From positions 8,500 through 72,499 of the forward strand of contig NIVC01003059.1 in NCBI GenBank assembly GCA_002269645.1: a DNA stretch of 64,000 bases, read 5' to 3'. Shown in pieces: positions 21,849 through 33,362 of this stretch (the first letter of the stretch is position 1; each line of letters begins with the position of its first letter). The notes under the pieces are model-generated. The model worked only from the letters and a program-made list of their open reading frames with translations. It ran no database searches and was not told where the DNA came from. A program made the translations under genes and the position numbers. This DNA comes from Macrostomum lignano. Taxonomy: Eukaryota.

Positions 21849-22032
21849 AACTGCATGCCGCGCATGCCGCGCGCTCATCAACTAACTCCAGCTGCTGCAT
21901 GCATTAATACTTAGGCCCAGGCCCACTAATCCGCCCGCGCCCGCCAACTGGATTGGATGCTGCTTGAATTTTTACCATACGGGCATACGGCATAGGTGTC
22001 TGCTGATTCCTTCCTTTCGAGTTCCACTCCAC

Positions 22033-22048
22033 CCATGGTGCAGAAGGA
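22033..22048 (+). repeat. Left TIR of DNA transposon
   Basis: CCATGGTGCAGAAGGA. Confidence 0.92.
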
Positions 22049-22267
22049 TTTCTGTGTACGACGGAAGGCAAATTTCAGTTTTAGCCTGCTGTACGACAGT
22101 ACGACACAAGTGAACTAAGTAATTTTTTTTTGTACGACAAACTACAATGCAGAAACCCACATACTCCCGACCCAGACAAAGAGTAATAATAAGTTGTAAG
22201 TGGTAATAACAAGTTTACAAGTAATTGAAGTAATATTAATTATGAATGATTCAATTAAATGAATTTA

Positions 22268-25200
22268 TCAATTGGCATTATTGTCGCCGTCTTTGGGCTT
22301 CTGCTTCCGACGGCCGATGAATGGCACACGGGAAACAGCTGCTGCGCGCCTCTGCAGCACCTTGCCGATGGCGTCCTTAGTTTTGGCAGCAAAAAACGGA
22401 CTCCAATGTGGACGAATCCCACGGCTTTTGTCGCCTTTAAAAAAAAGTTTCGCAGAGTCGTCGAGAAATTCTTCGCATGCATCGCCGCCCATGGGTGGTA
22501 GCAACCAAGCTAACTTAGCGCGAAGCTGAAGGGTGTCGTTGGTTTGGCCTCCCTGTTGCTGTTGCGACCGCATAGTCGAGTAGAAGCTCTCGACAATCGC
22601 TTCTGGAAGAAAAAGGCGGAAAAATATGTAGATGAAATTCTGATCAAATCTGACTGACTTGCCCAAGGTGACATTAGTTAATTTGTAGATAGCAACTGGA
22701 ATTTGCAACTCACCAGTGCCACCTCGGTGTAGTGCAAAATCAAGTAGTGCACATGTTGCAGGGCCGGCTCGCTGGAAAACGTCTGGGTCGGCATAGAAAG
22801 ACGCATAAACTGCTGCTTCGTCCACCACAACAGATGAAAATTCACCACCTGCTGTCGAACCCGATAGATGCAGCAATAACTGACGTGCCAAAGTGGGTGC
22901 TGCTACTTTTAAATCCGTCAGTGGCCCGTTGATGGAAGGCACCAGCCAGCTACTGCGGCCTTCACCCGTGAAAATGACGTGGCGTATAGTGTCCACAAAG
23001 TTCGCAGCATACCTAAGTTTAGTGGACAAAAAATAAAATTAAATACAATTCGATTTCGTTACATTTTTCTGTAGCAAAGTGGTCTTGAAATATGTGATTT
23101 CCAGCCTCACACTAGTTATAGTACCAGTGCATTTATAGTTTTGATTGTGAAGGAGCTCACCTTCGGGCCATGGGAACTTTCAGATGAGCCAGGTGCTTAT
23201 GCTTGACTGCCTCGGTCACAAGCCGCTTAAAGGCGGGAGCGCACTGGTCTGCAAACTCTTCTGCTGCAACTTCAGGGTCCCTGCATGCAATGGCACGGAT
23301 GATGGCAGCTGCATCGAAGGAGGCACAATCAGAGGTGCTCGGGTCGCAGCAGCGTTGAATGCGAGCAACGAAGCTGCGGTGAAGTGCCCCGGCAAGCTTC
23401 TGTGTATCACGTGCAATGTCCTGAGGAAGGAGGAAGAAGGATGGAGCTGAATAATGAAGCACAAAGGAGAATATGGTAACTTTGGCAGAGTACATAATAT
23501 AATGATTGCACAAGCTTACCTCCATGTCTCGAGCGCGCCACTGATCCTGGTCAGAGGCAGAGCCAGCAACCGGCTTTTTTACTTTGAGCCAGCCGTCCAG
23601 CAGAGTCACGCCATCAAATGTGCCACCAACGTGCAGATTGTCGATGTGCTCATGCAGCGTGGGGTAGTCCTCACTACGAAACTGCTCTGCATGGACATGG
23701 AGGAACTCAGCTACCAATGGCCATAAGGTAGACACTTTCCAGTGGGGCAGCTGAAGATTCTGCGCAATCTCCATAAGAGCTCTGTGCAAGTGTTATGTGT
23801 TTGGAGTAAGTAGGTAATCAAAAAGTTGATCCCATAGTAATTTTACTACCCACAAGGCATATAAATCAACTTACTTGATTGGCGCAAAGAGATCCAGGTA
23901 GCCCAACAAGTCGCACACAAAATCAAATCCGAACATTATGTACGGCTGTGGGTCGTTATCTCTGACTCGTGGTTTCTCGGCTCGAAATGCGGCATGCAGA
24001 TCGCCGTAGCAGCGAAAGATGGTCTGCCATTGGTTCATGGCTGAACTGGTAAAGCGCTGCGAGGCAAATGATGAAATTGCTCCGGCATGGTCCTCGGAAG
24101 CAATCTGTTTTTTTACAAACAAAGAATTTGGAGTAGTTTTATAGCAAACGTATATCTAAAACCCTCGGTAAACTATTCAGTTAGACATTCAGGTTGCATA
24201 CTTACTTCCAAAGCCGAACGGCCACGCCCGTGGCCAAAAAGATGCGGAAACAGGTTTGCCCTGTCAATAAAATCCTGCAACGCCTCTCCGTCGTCACTAT
24301 CGCGCACGTTAGTCACGGCCAGGTTTATAAAGTGGGCCGGGTCCCAGTTAATTGGGATCTCATAGTCGGCTCCGGCCTCCTTCAGCTTCTCAAATATTGC
24401 CGTTTTAAAAGGCGCAGTTTGATATTGCCCGTCGGCAATGACGCCCACAAGACGATCAATGGGCAAATCAAAGTTCGCCAGACCTTGAAAAAGCCGCTGC
24501 ACCAGAACGGGGCCGCTGCCGTCCATCTCTTTGGAATAAACGGCCGGGGCGCCACCTGGGATAGCAACGGCGTCACCAGTCTCGCACCTGTTAGGGGTTA
24601 TCCGTTTTAAGGAGGTAGTAAAAGTAATATTTAAGTGGCGGATACTCCTAATGTACATTACTTTTCCTTCTTCCTCCCTACTTACCTGGCCAACACCATA
24701 ACAGCTTGGTTAGTGATGCGACCTGGTGTGCTTTTGTCGCAAGCAATGGCGTAGCAGGGAGGACATCCGGTGGACGGCAGTGGGGTCTGCAGGAACTCAG
24801 CCGTATACTTGTCAGCGGTGACCTCAAACAACGACCACAACTCCTTGTTAAACTCCCTAGTTGGATGCATAGTGGGTGGTAAATTAACAAATAGCGTACA
24901 AAATAACCATAGCTTAGCTAATGGCATACAGATACAAACCACATAATATGGTACATACCGGCCGTGGCCCCGCTGGCCAACTTCAGCGTCCGACCGATAA
25001 AGCATGCTCACGAACGTCTCATAGTGCTTACTAGCTGACGCTGATTCGATATTGGCAACAGAGCAACGCAAAAGGCGCCGAACAGTTCCTGAGACGCGCT
25101 TCTCTTCAATCTTGCGGTCCGCATACTTCTTCATAGCTTTCACATGGCCGACAGCCTCGATACCAGAGAGATGTTTCACTATCCTATAACGAAGCCGGGA

Positions 25201-26544
25201 GAATGCCTCGCCACACGCAAGGATCTCAGTCATTTCCAGCTTTGTAATGAGCTGCCCTCGTGCAAGCGTGCCCATCGACTTGGGGTTTCTATAAGAAGTT
25301 AGAGAAATGAAAGTTTATAATAAATAAATGGAAAAGGCCAACTGGATTGTCTTATTGCCTGTTAGATAAAAGTACATACAATGGACTTACAAAGTGCTGT
25401 GCCTCTCCGCAACAGTCAACTTTGGCGAGAAGGCCGTGCCTTCCATTAAAACGTTGTAGCACGGGACACAGTATAAAATTGTGTCCTCACCGCAAGGTGC
25501 TGTGGCGAGCATCTCGTTCTCCAGGAGCTCGGCCATGTTGCTAGCCACAATTGGCGGCACTTTTGGTAAGTTTTGTCCCCGAGAGTTTGAGCTGGAGGTA
25601 GCCTGTGACAGCGCCAAGTCCCGAACAACATTTAGTATAATCGGAAGTAGGGCAAGTTGTCGGGCTGCCTCCGCCATTTTAATTTCCAGCCCAGTGACAA
25701 TTGCCAAAAGATCCCGACCTGACGTGCTTGATGATGCTGTAGATGCAGCCTCAGCAGGACTGGGAAGGATAGGTGAAGCATCAGCAAGCTGCCTAACAAA
25801 TGAGCTGGATCTTTGGTCAACGGCGGATGATTCCAGTACTTCAATGTTTACTACCAGATTTGTCTTTGGTCCCTCAGACTGCTGCTGCTCTGCCTCAGGC
25901 TCAGTGGTCATTGGAACTTCAGGACGTTCAGGTGACTCTTCATCACTGGCACTTTCAACCTCCAGCACCTCATGGCTGACCATGGCCTTTGTGATGCGTT
26001 TTTTTACCTGCTTCTCATTCTCATTGGCAGGCCTGGCAGCAATTAGGTCGCGAACATCAGCATGGTCAGGTCTGCAATATGTTAAAATCTTATTGGCTGG
26101 GTCTTCTTTGTGCCAGCGACTCCGATGAGTTTTTCTGCTACTACCATTGTTTCGATAAATGCGGCAGTTGGACAGTGGAAGCCCTCGCTGAAGGCAATCC
26201 ACACAGTAATGTGGGTCACACACAGTTCCGCGAGGCTTCTTAGTTGGTGGCTCTTCAGTTTGTGCAGATGAAGACGCTGCATGAGACAAACTCAGTGGAC
26301 GCTTTGATTTTGCTTGTACTTGCACATTAGCCTGTTGCTGTTGGCGTTGCCGCTGTGCCTGTTGCATGATTGGCATATGGGCCCAAGCACACTCAGCAGC
26401 CTTCGCCTTCTCTACTACTGCCTCTGGCTCTGCCTGGTCAGCCTGGTCCTGGATACTAGCTTGCAAAGCTGCAGCTAGTGGTGTCTCTGTCTCAGACTGA
26501 TTTTCTTCAGAGCCAGAACTTGATGTGCTACTGCTACGAGACAT
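22268..26544 (-). CDS. DDE transposase, 9 exons, 1140 aa (hAT-like, DxxH variant)
   Basis: Hand-spliced with GT-AG introns. Exons: 26544-25391, 25288-24959, 24856-24686, 24587-24206, 24104-23875, 23781-23520, 23420-23161, 23012-22714, 22602-22268. Sum 3423 nt, all phases consistent. Motifs: YAIACDKST (D1), VGVIADGQY (D2), WDPAHFINLAV, SQRFTSS (hAT TRW-like), GGTEAIVESFYSTM (E; hAT S-A-x-x-E-R-x-F-S-like), plus N-terminal CxxC...H motifs. Confidence 0.85.
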
Positions 26545-28585
26545 TATAGAGATTAATTTTGGCACAATAAATCAAAAAGCAAATGCTGAATAGCTGAATT
26601 TAGCTGAAAGACAAGTTAATTTTTTTGGCAATCAGCATTTAATTTAGTATTATTAGTTATGACCAAATCTAATCAATAAGTAAGCATAAACCAAACTAGT
26701 TATCAGTTGAATAAAAATATGGTTTTGTTTACAAAAATTAAATAAATAATTATAATTATACTTATAGAAATTTAGGAAATAAAGATTAGACATTTAGTAA
26801 TAGGATATAATTAATGCACATTTCAATATATTTTGTTTTTTTTATAAAATAATTTCATATACTATACTGTACCATTCTACAATCTAGCTCTACCAAATGT
26901 TCTACTCAACTCTACCAAATATAATCAATTGCATAATTTTATACAACTCAATTACTCAATCTAGTCAACTTACAATACAATACAATAGCAAAATTTGCTA
27001 TGAATTTAGAATTACTAAAAGACTAAAAGTAAAGGTAATAAGATAAATTTATACACTTGTCAATGTCAAGTCAACTTGGAAGTTGTATTTGCTAAAGTTG
27101 CTGCCAAGCACCTGAAGTTTTGTCTCAAATTAGTTGCAGACTTGCAGTAGGCCCTAATTTATATATATTCACTTCTTTTCTTTCATGAAACGAAGCAAAA
27201 CTTGGTGTCTCTTGGCTAGATGGCTATTAGCTACTTCTACTTGTTATTTCGTAAGAAATATTTGTTGGTTTCAAGCCAAGCAATAAGCCATAGCTGTCAA
27301 CTTAATTACTATGTCTTTACTCAATACTCAAGTACTCAACTGTCAACTTCAACTTGTCAAGTAAAGTCAAATTTGACAAATAAAAAATGCATTTAATTAA
27401 TTAATTACTAATTATTAAAAGAAAGTGATAAGATAATTTTATAAACTTGTCTAATGTCAACTCAATTACTGAAATTGTGAAATTACACAACTGACAACTT
27501 GAACTTTTAAAATAAAAACTTGCAACTAAGATTAAGAACAAGAAGTTAAGTTAAGAACTAGAATTAGAACAGAACACTAGAAGTTCTAGAACTAATTTAT
27601 GAAGGTAAAAGTGATAAAATGTTTAAAAAATAAACTTGAAAGAATCACCAGATGTCCAGACAGACACAGACACGAGACACGAGTCAGTCAGTCAGACAGA
27701 CCAGTCAGTCAGTCACTAGTCACTTTCACTAACTCAAAGTCTCAAACAACAAACTGTCACAAGTGTCACTTGACAGTTGACCTTGTCATTTGTCAACAGT
27801 CAAAGTCAATGAGTCAACTGCAACAATGCAACATGCAACTCAACTCAACAGTCTCAACTTAATTAATTACTCAACTTGTTACTCGTACTAACTACTAATA
27901 AATTTACTTGTCAAAGTTGAAAAATTACAAATTGCTAGTTTAAGTTTTGCAACAAATTAAGAAAACTTAAAAGTTACTTTTAGTTGTAGCTTGTAGTATA
28001 GTATATAGTGCTAGTGCAGTGCAGAGTGCATAGCCATAGATTATAGAAAAGTAAAAGTTATAAGGGATAAGACAAAAGACATTAGTCAGATCAGATCTTA
28101 TCTTAGATCACATCACGATCACGAGAGACGAGACTGACCGGAGGACGAGAATTACAAGATCAGATGATTATGAATTAATTCACATTCACAATTCAATTCC
28201 CAGTAACACGATACAACGATACGCATTTCAAAAAAGAAATAAACAAGGTTAAGATTAAAACAACGGATGCACATTTGTGTGGCCTTGAATATAAAAATGT
28301 GAAATTTGGTGCCACATAATAAAAAATTATTATTAAGTATGCCAAGATTATATTTTATTTGTGCCTCGTAAAAAGAACTTTGAATAAATTTAATTTAATT
28401 ATGAAAACGAAATTGTATTTTTAAATGCCTATGCATATAGCTTTCTAGTCAGAGATGTACGACAGTGACAGTGTGGCCAACGACGGTACGACATGTACGA
28501 CAAAGAGCCCTTGCAAAAATGAACGATGTACGACATGTACGACAACCAACCTCAATGTACGACGGAAATTTCCGTCGTACACCCG

Positions 28586-28601
28586 TCCTTCTGCACTATG
28601 G
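28586..28601 (-). repeat. Right TIR of DNA transposon
   Basis: TCCTTCTGCACTATGG, reverse complement CCATAGTGCAGAAGGA. Confidence 0.92.
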
Positions 28602-28997
28602 CACTCCACTCTATCAAGTCAAGGGATTCGATTCGCGTTTCATATTTTGTATGCGCACTTTGCATTTGCACGCGGTAACGCTAATGCACTTATGCACTGT
28701 GTATTAATAGTTTTACGAGTATCTCCATCTCTCACATGGGAATTTTACTTGATTTATAGCCATCAATCAATCAACTAGGAGGCGCGTTTGTGTGCACACT
28801 TTCTAAACATGTCGGCTAAAAGAAAGAAAGAAACTTTTTCGTGCAGCTCTTTTCAAGCTCTAGTGCAAAATAATGCTGCACTAGTCGGCAAAACTTACTT
28901 GGAGTAGATAAAGTTCAACAAAATAATTTGCCCTAGGGCTCGAGGCTCAAACGGAGAGCTGTGCACTCAGTGAGAGCCGGTTCCAGCTCGTCTCTTT

Positions 28998-29108
28998 GCC
29001 GTATCGACGGTCTCTTACTGCGAAGACTCTTAATTTTGCATGGTAAGACACCGCGTGGATCCAATTGAGCGATCTACTCAATTTTTGACAAGCCGCGCTA
29101 CCGCGGCT
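28998..29108 (+). ncRNA. SL RNA copy 11
   Basis: As copy 4. Confidence 0.9.
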
Positions 29109-29949
29109 GCCTAACAAAGCTAAAGACAACATCAATTAATTATAGTTGGTTGATTGTAATTCTGGATTTAGCGTGTCCTACTAATTATTTTAAACTAAAT
29201 ATTCTATTTACCCGCAAGTTGTAAATTAGTTGTTGCACCATTATAGCATAGCATGATATAGCGCGCATATGCATCGCGGTGTACAGAGGCTATACTAGGC
29301 TATACTAGATCTCTTCGAGTTGCAATAATCAAATGTAATTTCTTAGATCGCTCTATGCGTGCGGATGTGCATATGTACATGTACAACTTTGTTGATGGCG
29401 CCAACAATGAATTATACTCAGCAACATTGAAAAGTCGCCATCACAGAAGATTCCGTCTGTGGTCGCCACTTTTGAGAGAGTGCAGGTAAAGTCTCTCTCA
29501 ATATTTGCGAGCGACGCAACTCAGCTACGCCACGGCAGACTTGAGTTGAGGAATGGAGTGGGGGAGCGGTGTGCGAGGTTTGGACGGATCAAAGCTACCC
29601 CGATCAGTTTTTCTGGCATCTTTTATTTCAGAATAGTCCAAGACAAATTGATCACTGGCGCATAGAGTGGCGACTTTTCAATGTTGCTGAGTATACAGAG
29701 TCAAGCTGGACTGTACGCGTTACTGTTTGCGTTGAGCTAGTTAGGTTGACTTTGACTTGACTGCAAATCACCACTATAGTTCACTATATACTACGAGCGC
29801 GGTAAATCCGTCCGCATTACTAATTATATATTACAATAATTAGAGTATAGACGAGAGGCGGCCCACACAATTGATCCGTACCGTATGGTCCGTATATACA
29901 TGTAGCTGCAGGTTCAGGTTAATTATGAGCTCAGCTCCTATCAGCCAGT

Positions 29950-30068
29950 GGCAACGGCCATACCACGTTGAAAACACCGGTTCTCGTCTGATCACCGAAG
30001 TTAAGCAACGTTGGGTTTGGTTAGTACTTGGATGGGTGACCGCCTGGGAATACCAAATGCTGTTGTCT
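29950..30068 (+). rRNA. 5S rRNA: 5S rRNA copy 12
   Basis: Matches reference; overlapping ORF translation identical. Confidence 0.97.
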
Positions 30069-30644
30069 TTTTTGCCTCTTTAACTGCATGCCGCGCGCTC
30101 ATCAACTAACTCCAGCTGCTGCATGCATTAATACTTAGGCCCAGGCCCACTAATCCGCCCGCGCCCGCCAACTGGATTGGATGCTGCTTGAATTTTTACC
30201 ATACGGGCATACGGCATAGGTGTCTGCTGATTCCTTCCTTTCGAGTTCCACTCCACTCTATCAAGTCAAGGGATTCGATTCGCGTTTCATATTTTGTATG
30301 CGCACTTTGCATTTGCACGCGGTAACGCTAATGCACTTATGCACTGTGTATTAATAGTTTTACGAGTATCTCCATTTCTCACATGGGAATTTTACTTGAT
30401 TTATAGCCATCAATCAATCAACTAGGAGGCGCGTTTGTGTGCACACTTTCTAAACATGTCGGCTAAAAGAAAGAAAGAAACTTTTTCGCGCAGCTCTTTT
30501 CAAGCTCTAGTGCAAAATAATGCTGCACTAGTCGGCAAAACTTACTTGGAGTAGATAAAGTTCAACAAAATAATTTGCCCTAGGGCTCGAGGCTCAAACG
30601 GAGAGCTGTGCACTCAGTGAGAGCCGGTTCCAGCTCGTCTCTTT

Positions 30645-30755
30645 GCCGTATCGACGGTCTCTTACTGCGAAGACTCTTAATTTTGCATGGTAAGACACCG
30701 CGTGGATCCAATTGAGCGATCTACTCAATTTTTGACAAGCCGCGCTACCGCGGCT
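30645..30755 (+). ncRNA. SL RNA copy 12
   Basis: As copy 4. Confidence 0.9.
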
Positions 30756-31596
30756 GCCTAACAAAGCTAAAGACAACATCAATTAATTATAGTTGGTTGA
30801 TTGTAATTCTGGATTTAGCGTGTCCTACTAATTATTTTAAACTAAATATTCTATTTACCCGCAAGTTGTAAATTAGTTGTTGCACCATTATAGCATAGCA
30901 TGATATAGCGCGCATATGCATCGCGGTGTACAGAGGCTATACTAGGCTATACTAGATCTCTTCGAGTTGCAATAATCAAATGTAATTTCTTAGATCGCTC
31001 TATGCGTGCGGATGTGCATATGTACATGTACAACTTTGTTGATGGCGCCAACAATGAATTATACTCAGCAACATTGAAAAGTCGCCATCACAGAAGATTC
31101 CGTCTGTGGTCGCCACTTTTGAGAGAGTGCAGGTAAAGTCTCTCTCAATATTTGCGAGCGACGCAACTCAGCTACGCCACGGCAGACTTGAGTTGAGGAA
31201 TGGAGTGGGGGAGCGGTGTGCGAGGTTTGGACGGATCAAAGCTACCCCGATCAGTTTTTCTGGCATCTTTTATTTCAGAATAGTCCAAGACAAATTGATC
31301 ACTGGCGCATAGAGTGGCGACTTTTCAATGTTGCTGAGTATACAGAGTCAAGCTGGACTGTACGCGTTACTGTTTGCGTTGAGCTAGTTAGGTTGACTTT
31401 GACTTGACTGCAAATCACCACTATAGTTCACTATATACTACGAGCGCGGTAAATCCGTCCGCATTACTAATTATATATTACAATAATTAGAGTATAGACG
31501 AGAGGCGGCCCACACAATTGATCCGTACCGTATGGTCCGTATATACATGTAGCTGCAGGTTCAGGTTAATTATGAGCTCAGCTCCTATCAGCCAGT

Positions 31597-31715
31597 GGCA
31601 ACGGCCATACCACGTTGAAAACACCGGTTCTCGTCTGATCACCGAAGTTAAGCAACGTTGGGTTTGGTTAGTACTTGGATGGGTGACCGCCTGGGAATAC
31701 CAAATGCTGTTGTCT
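31597..31715 (+). rRNA. 5S rRNA: 5S rRNA copy 13
   Basis: As copy 12. Confidence 0.97.
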
Positions 31716-32291
31716 TTTTTGCCTCTTTAACTGCATGCCGCGCGCTCATCAACTAACTCCAGCTGCTGCATGCATTAATACTTAGGCCCAGGCCCACTAA
31801 TCCGCCCGCGCCCGCCAACTGGATTGGATGCTGCTTGAATTTTTACCATACGGGCATACGGCATAGGTGTCTGCTGATTCCTTCCTTTCGAGTTCCACTC
31901 CACTCTATCAAGTCAAGGGATTCGATTCGCGTTTCATATTTTGTATGCGCACTTTGCATTTGCACGCGGTAACGCTAATGCACTTATGCACTGTGTATTA
32001 ATAGTTTTACGAGTATCTCCATTTCTCACATGGGAATTTTACTTGATTTATAGCCATCAATCAATCAACTAGGAGGCGCGTTTGTGTGCACACTTTCTAA
32101 ACATGTCGGCTAAAAGAAAGAAAGAAACTTTTTCGCGCAGCTCTTTTCAAGCTCTAGTGCAAAATAATGCTGCACTAGTCGGCAAAACTTACTTGGAGTA
32201 GATAAAGTTCAACAAAATAATTTGCCCTAGGGCTCGAGGCTCAAACGGAGAGCTGTGCACTCAGTGAGAGCCGGTTCCAGCTCGTCTCTTT

Positions 32292-32402
32292 GCCGTATCG
32301 ACGGTCTCTTACTGCGAAGACTCTTAATTTTGCATGGTAAGACACCGCGTGGATCCAATTGAGCGATCTACTCAATTTTTGACAAGCCGCGCTACCGCGG
32401 CT
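32292..32402 (+). ncRNA. SL RNA copy 13
   Basis: As copy 4. Confidence 0.9.
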
Positions 32403-33243
32403 GCCTAACAAAGCTAAAGACAACATCAATTAATTATAGTTGGTTGATTGTAATTCTGGATTTAGCGTGTCCTACTAATTATTTTAAACTAAATATTCTA
32501 TTTACCCGCAAGTTGTAAATTAGTTGTTGCACCATTATAGCATAGCATGATATAGCGCGCATATGCATCGCGGTGTACAGAGGCTATACTAGGCTATACT
32601 AGATCTCTTCGAGTTGCAATAATCAAATGTAATTTCTTAGATCGCTCTATGCGTGCGGATGTGCATATGTACATGTACAACTTTGTTGATGGCGCCAACA
32701 ATGAATTATACTCAGCAACATTGAAAAGTCGCCATCACAGAAGATTCCGTCTGTGGTCGCCACTTTTGAGAGAGTGCAGGTAAAGTCTCTCTCAATATTT
32801 GCGAGCGACGCAACTCAGCTACGCCACGGCAGACTTGAGTTGAGGAATGGAGTGGGGGAGCGGTGTGCGAGGTTTGGACGGATCAAAGCTACCCCGATCA
32901 GTTTTTCTGGCATCTTTTATTTCAGAATAGTCCAAGACAAATTGATCACTGGCGCATAGAGTGGCGACTTTTCAATGTTGCTGAGTATACAGAGTCAAGC
33001 TGGACTGTACGCGTTACTGTTTGCGTTGAGCTAGTTAGGTTGACTTTGACTTGACTGCAAATCACCACTATAGTTCACTATATACTACGAGCGCGGTAAA
33101 TCCGTCCGCATTACTAATTATATATTACAATAATTAGAGTATAGACGAGAGGCGGCCCACACAATTGATCCGTACCGTATGGTCCGTATATACATGTAGC
33201 TGCAGGTTCAGGTTAATTATGAGCTCAGCTCCTATCAGCCAGT

Positions 33244-33362
33244 GGCAACGGCCATACCACGTTGAAAACACCGGTTCTCGTCTGATCACCGAAGTTAAGC
33301 AACGTTGGGTTTGGTTAGTACTTGGATGGGTGACCGCCTGGGAATACCAAATGCTGTTGTCT
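33244..33362 (+). rRNA. 5S rRNA: 5S rRNA copy 14
   Basis: As copy 12. Confidence 0.97.

Larger units (their letters stand above)
12021..22032 (+). repeat. 1647-bp 5S/SL tandem array, block 2
   Basis: The array resumes exactly at the TSD of the LTR element. Unit starts 13427, 15074, 16721, 18367, 20014, 21660. Confidence 0.98.
22033..28601 (-). mobile_element. hAT-like cut-and-paste DNA transposon, apparently autonomous (6569 bp)
   Basis: 8-bp TSD CACTCCAC (22025-22032 and 28602-28609; single copy in empty units). 16-bp TIRs CCATGGTGCAGAAGGA / CCATAGTGCAGAAGGA (1 mismatch). Subterminal GTACGAC repeats and a spliced DDE transposase gene. DNA-transposon status is firm; the superfamily is less certain. 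Confidence 0.9.

Noticed and set aside
24679-24690. TACTTACCTGGC, identical to the 5' end of U1 snRNA
   Set aside because: No further U1 sequence follows. It is the reverse complement of the transposase intron 3 donor.
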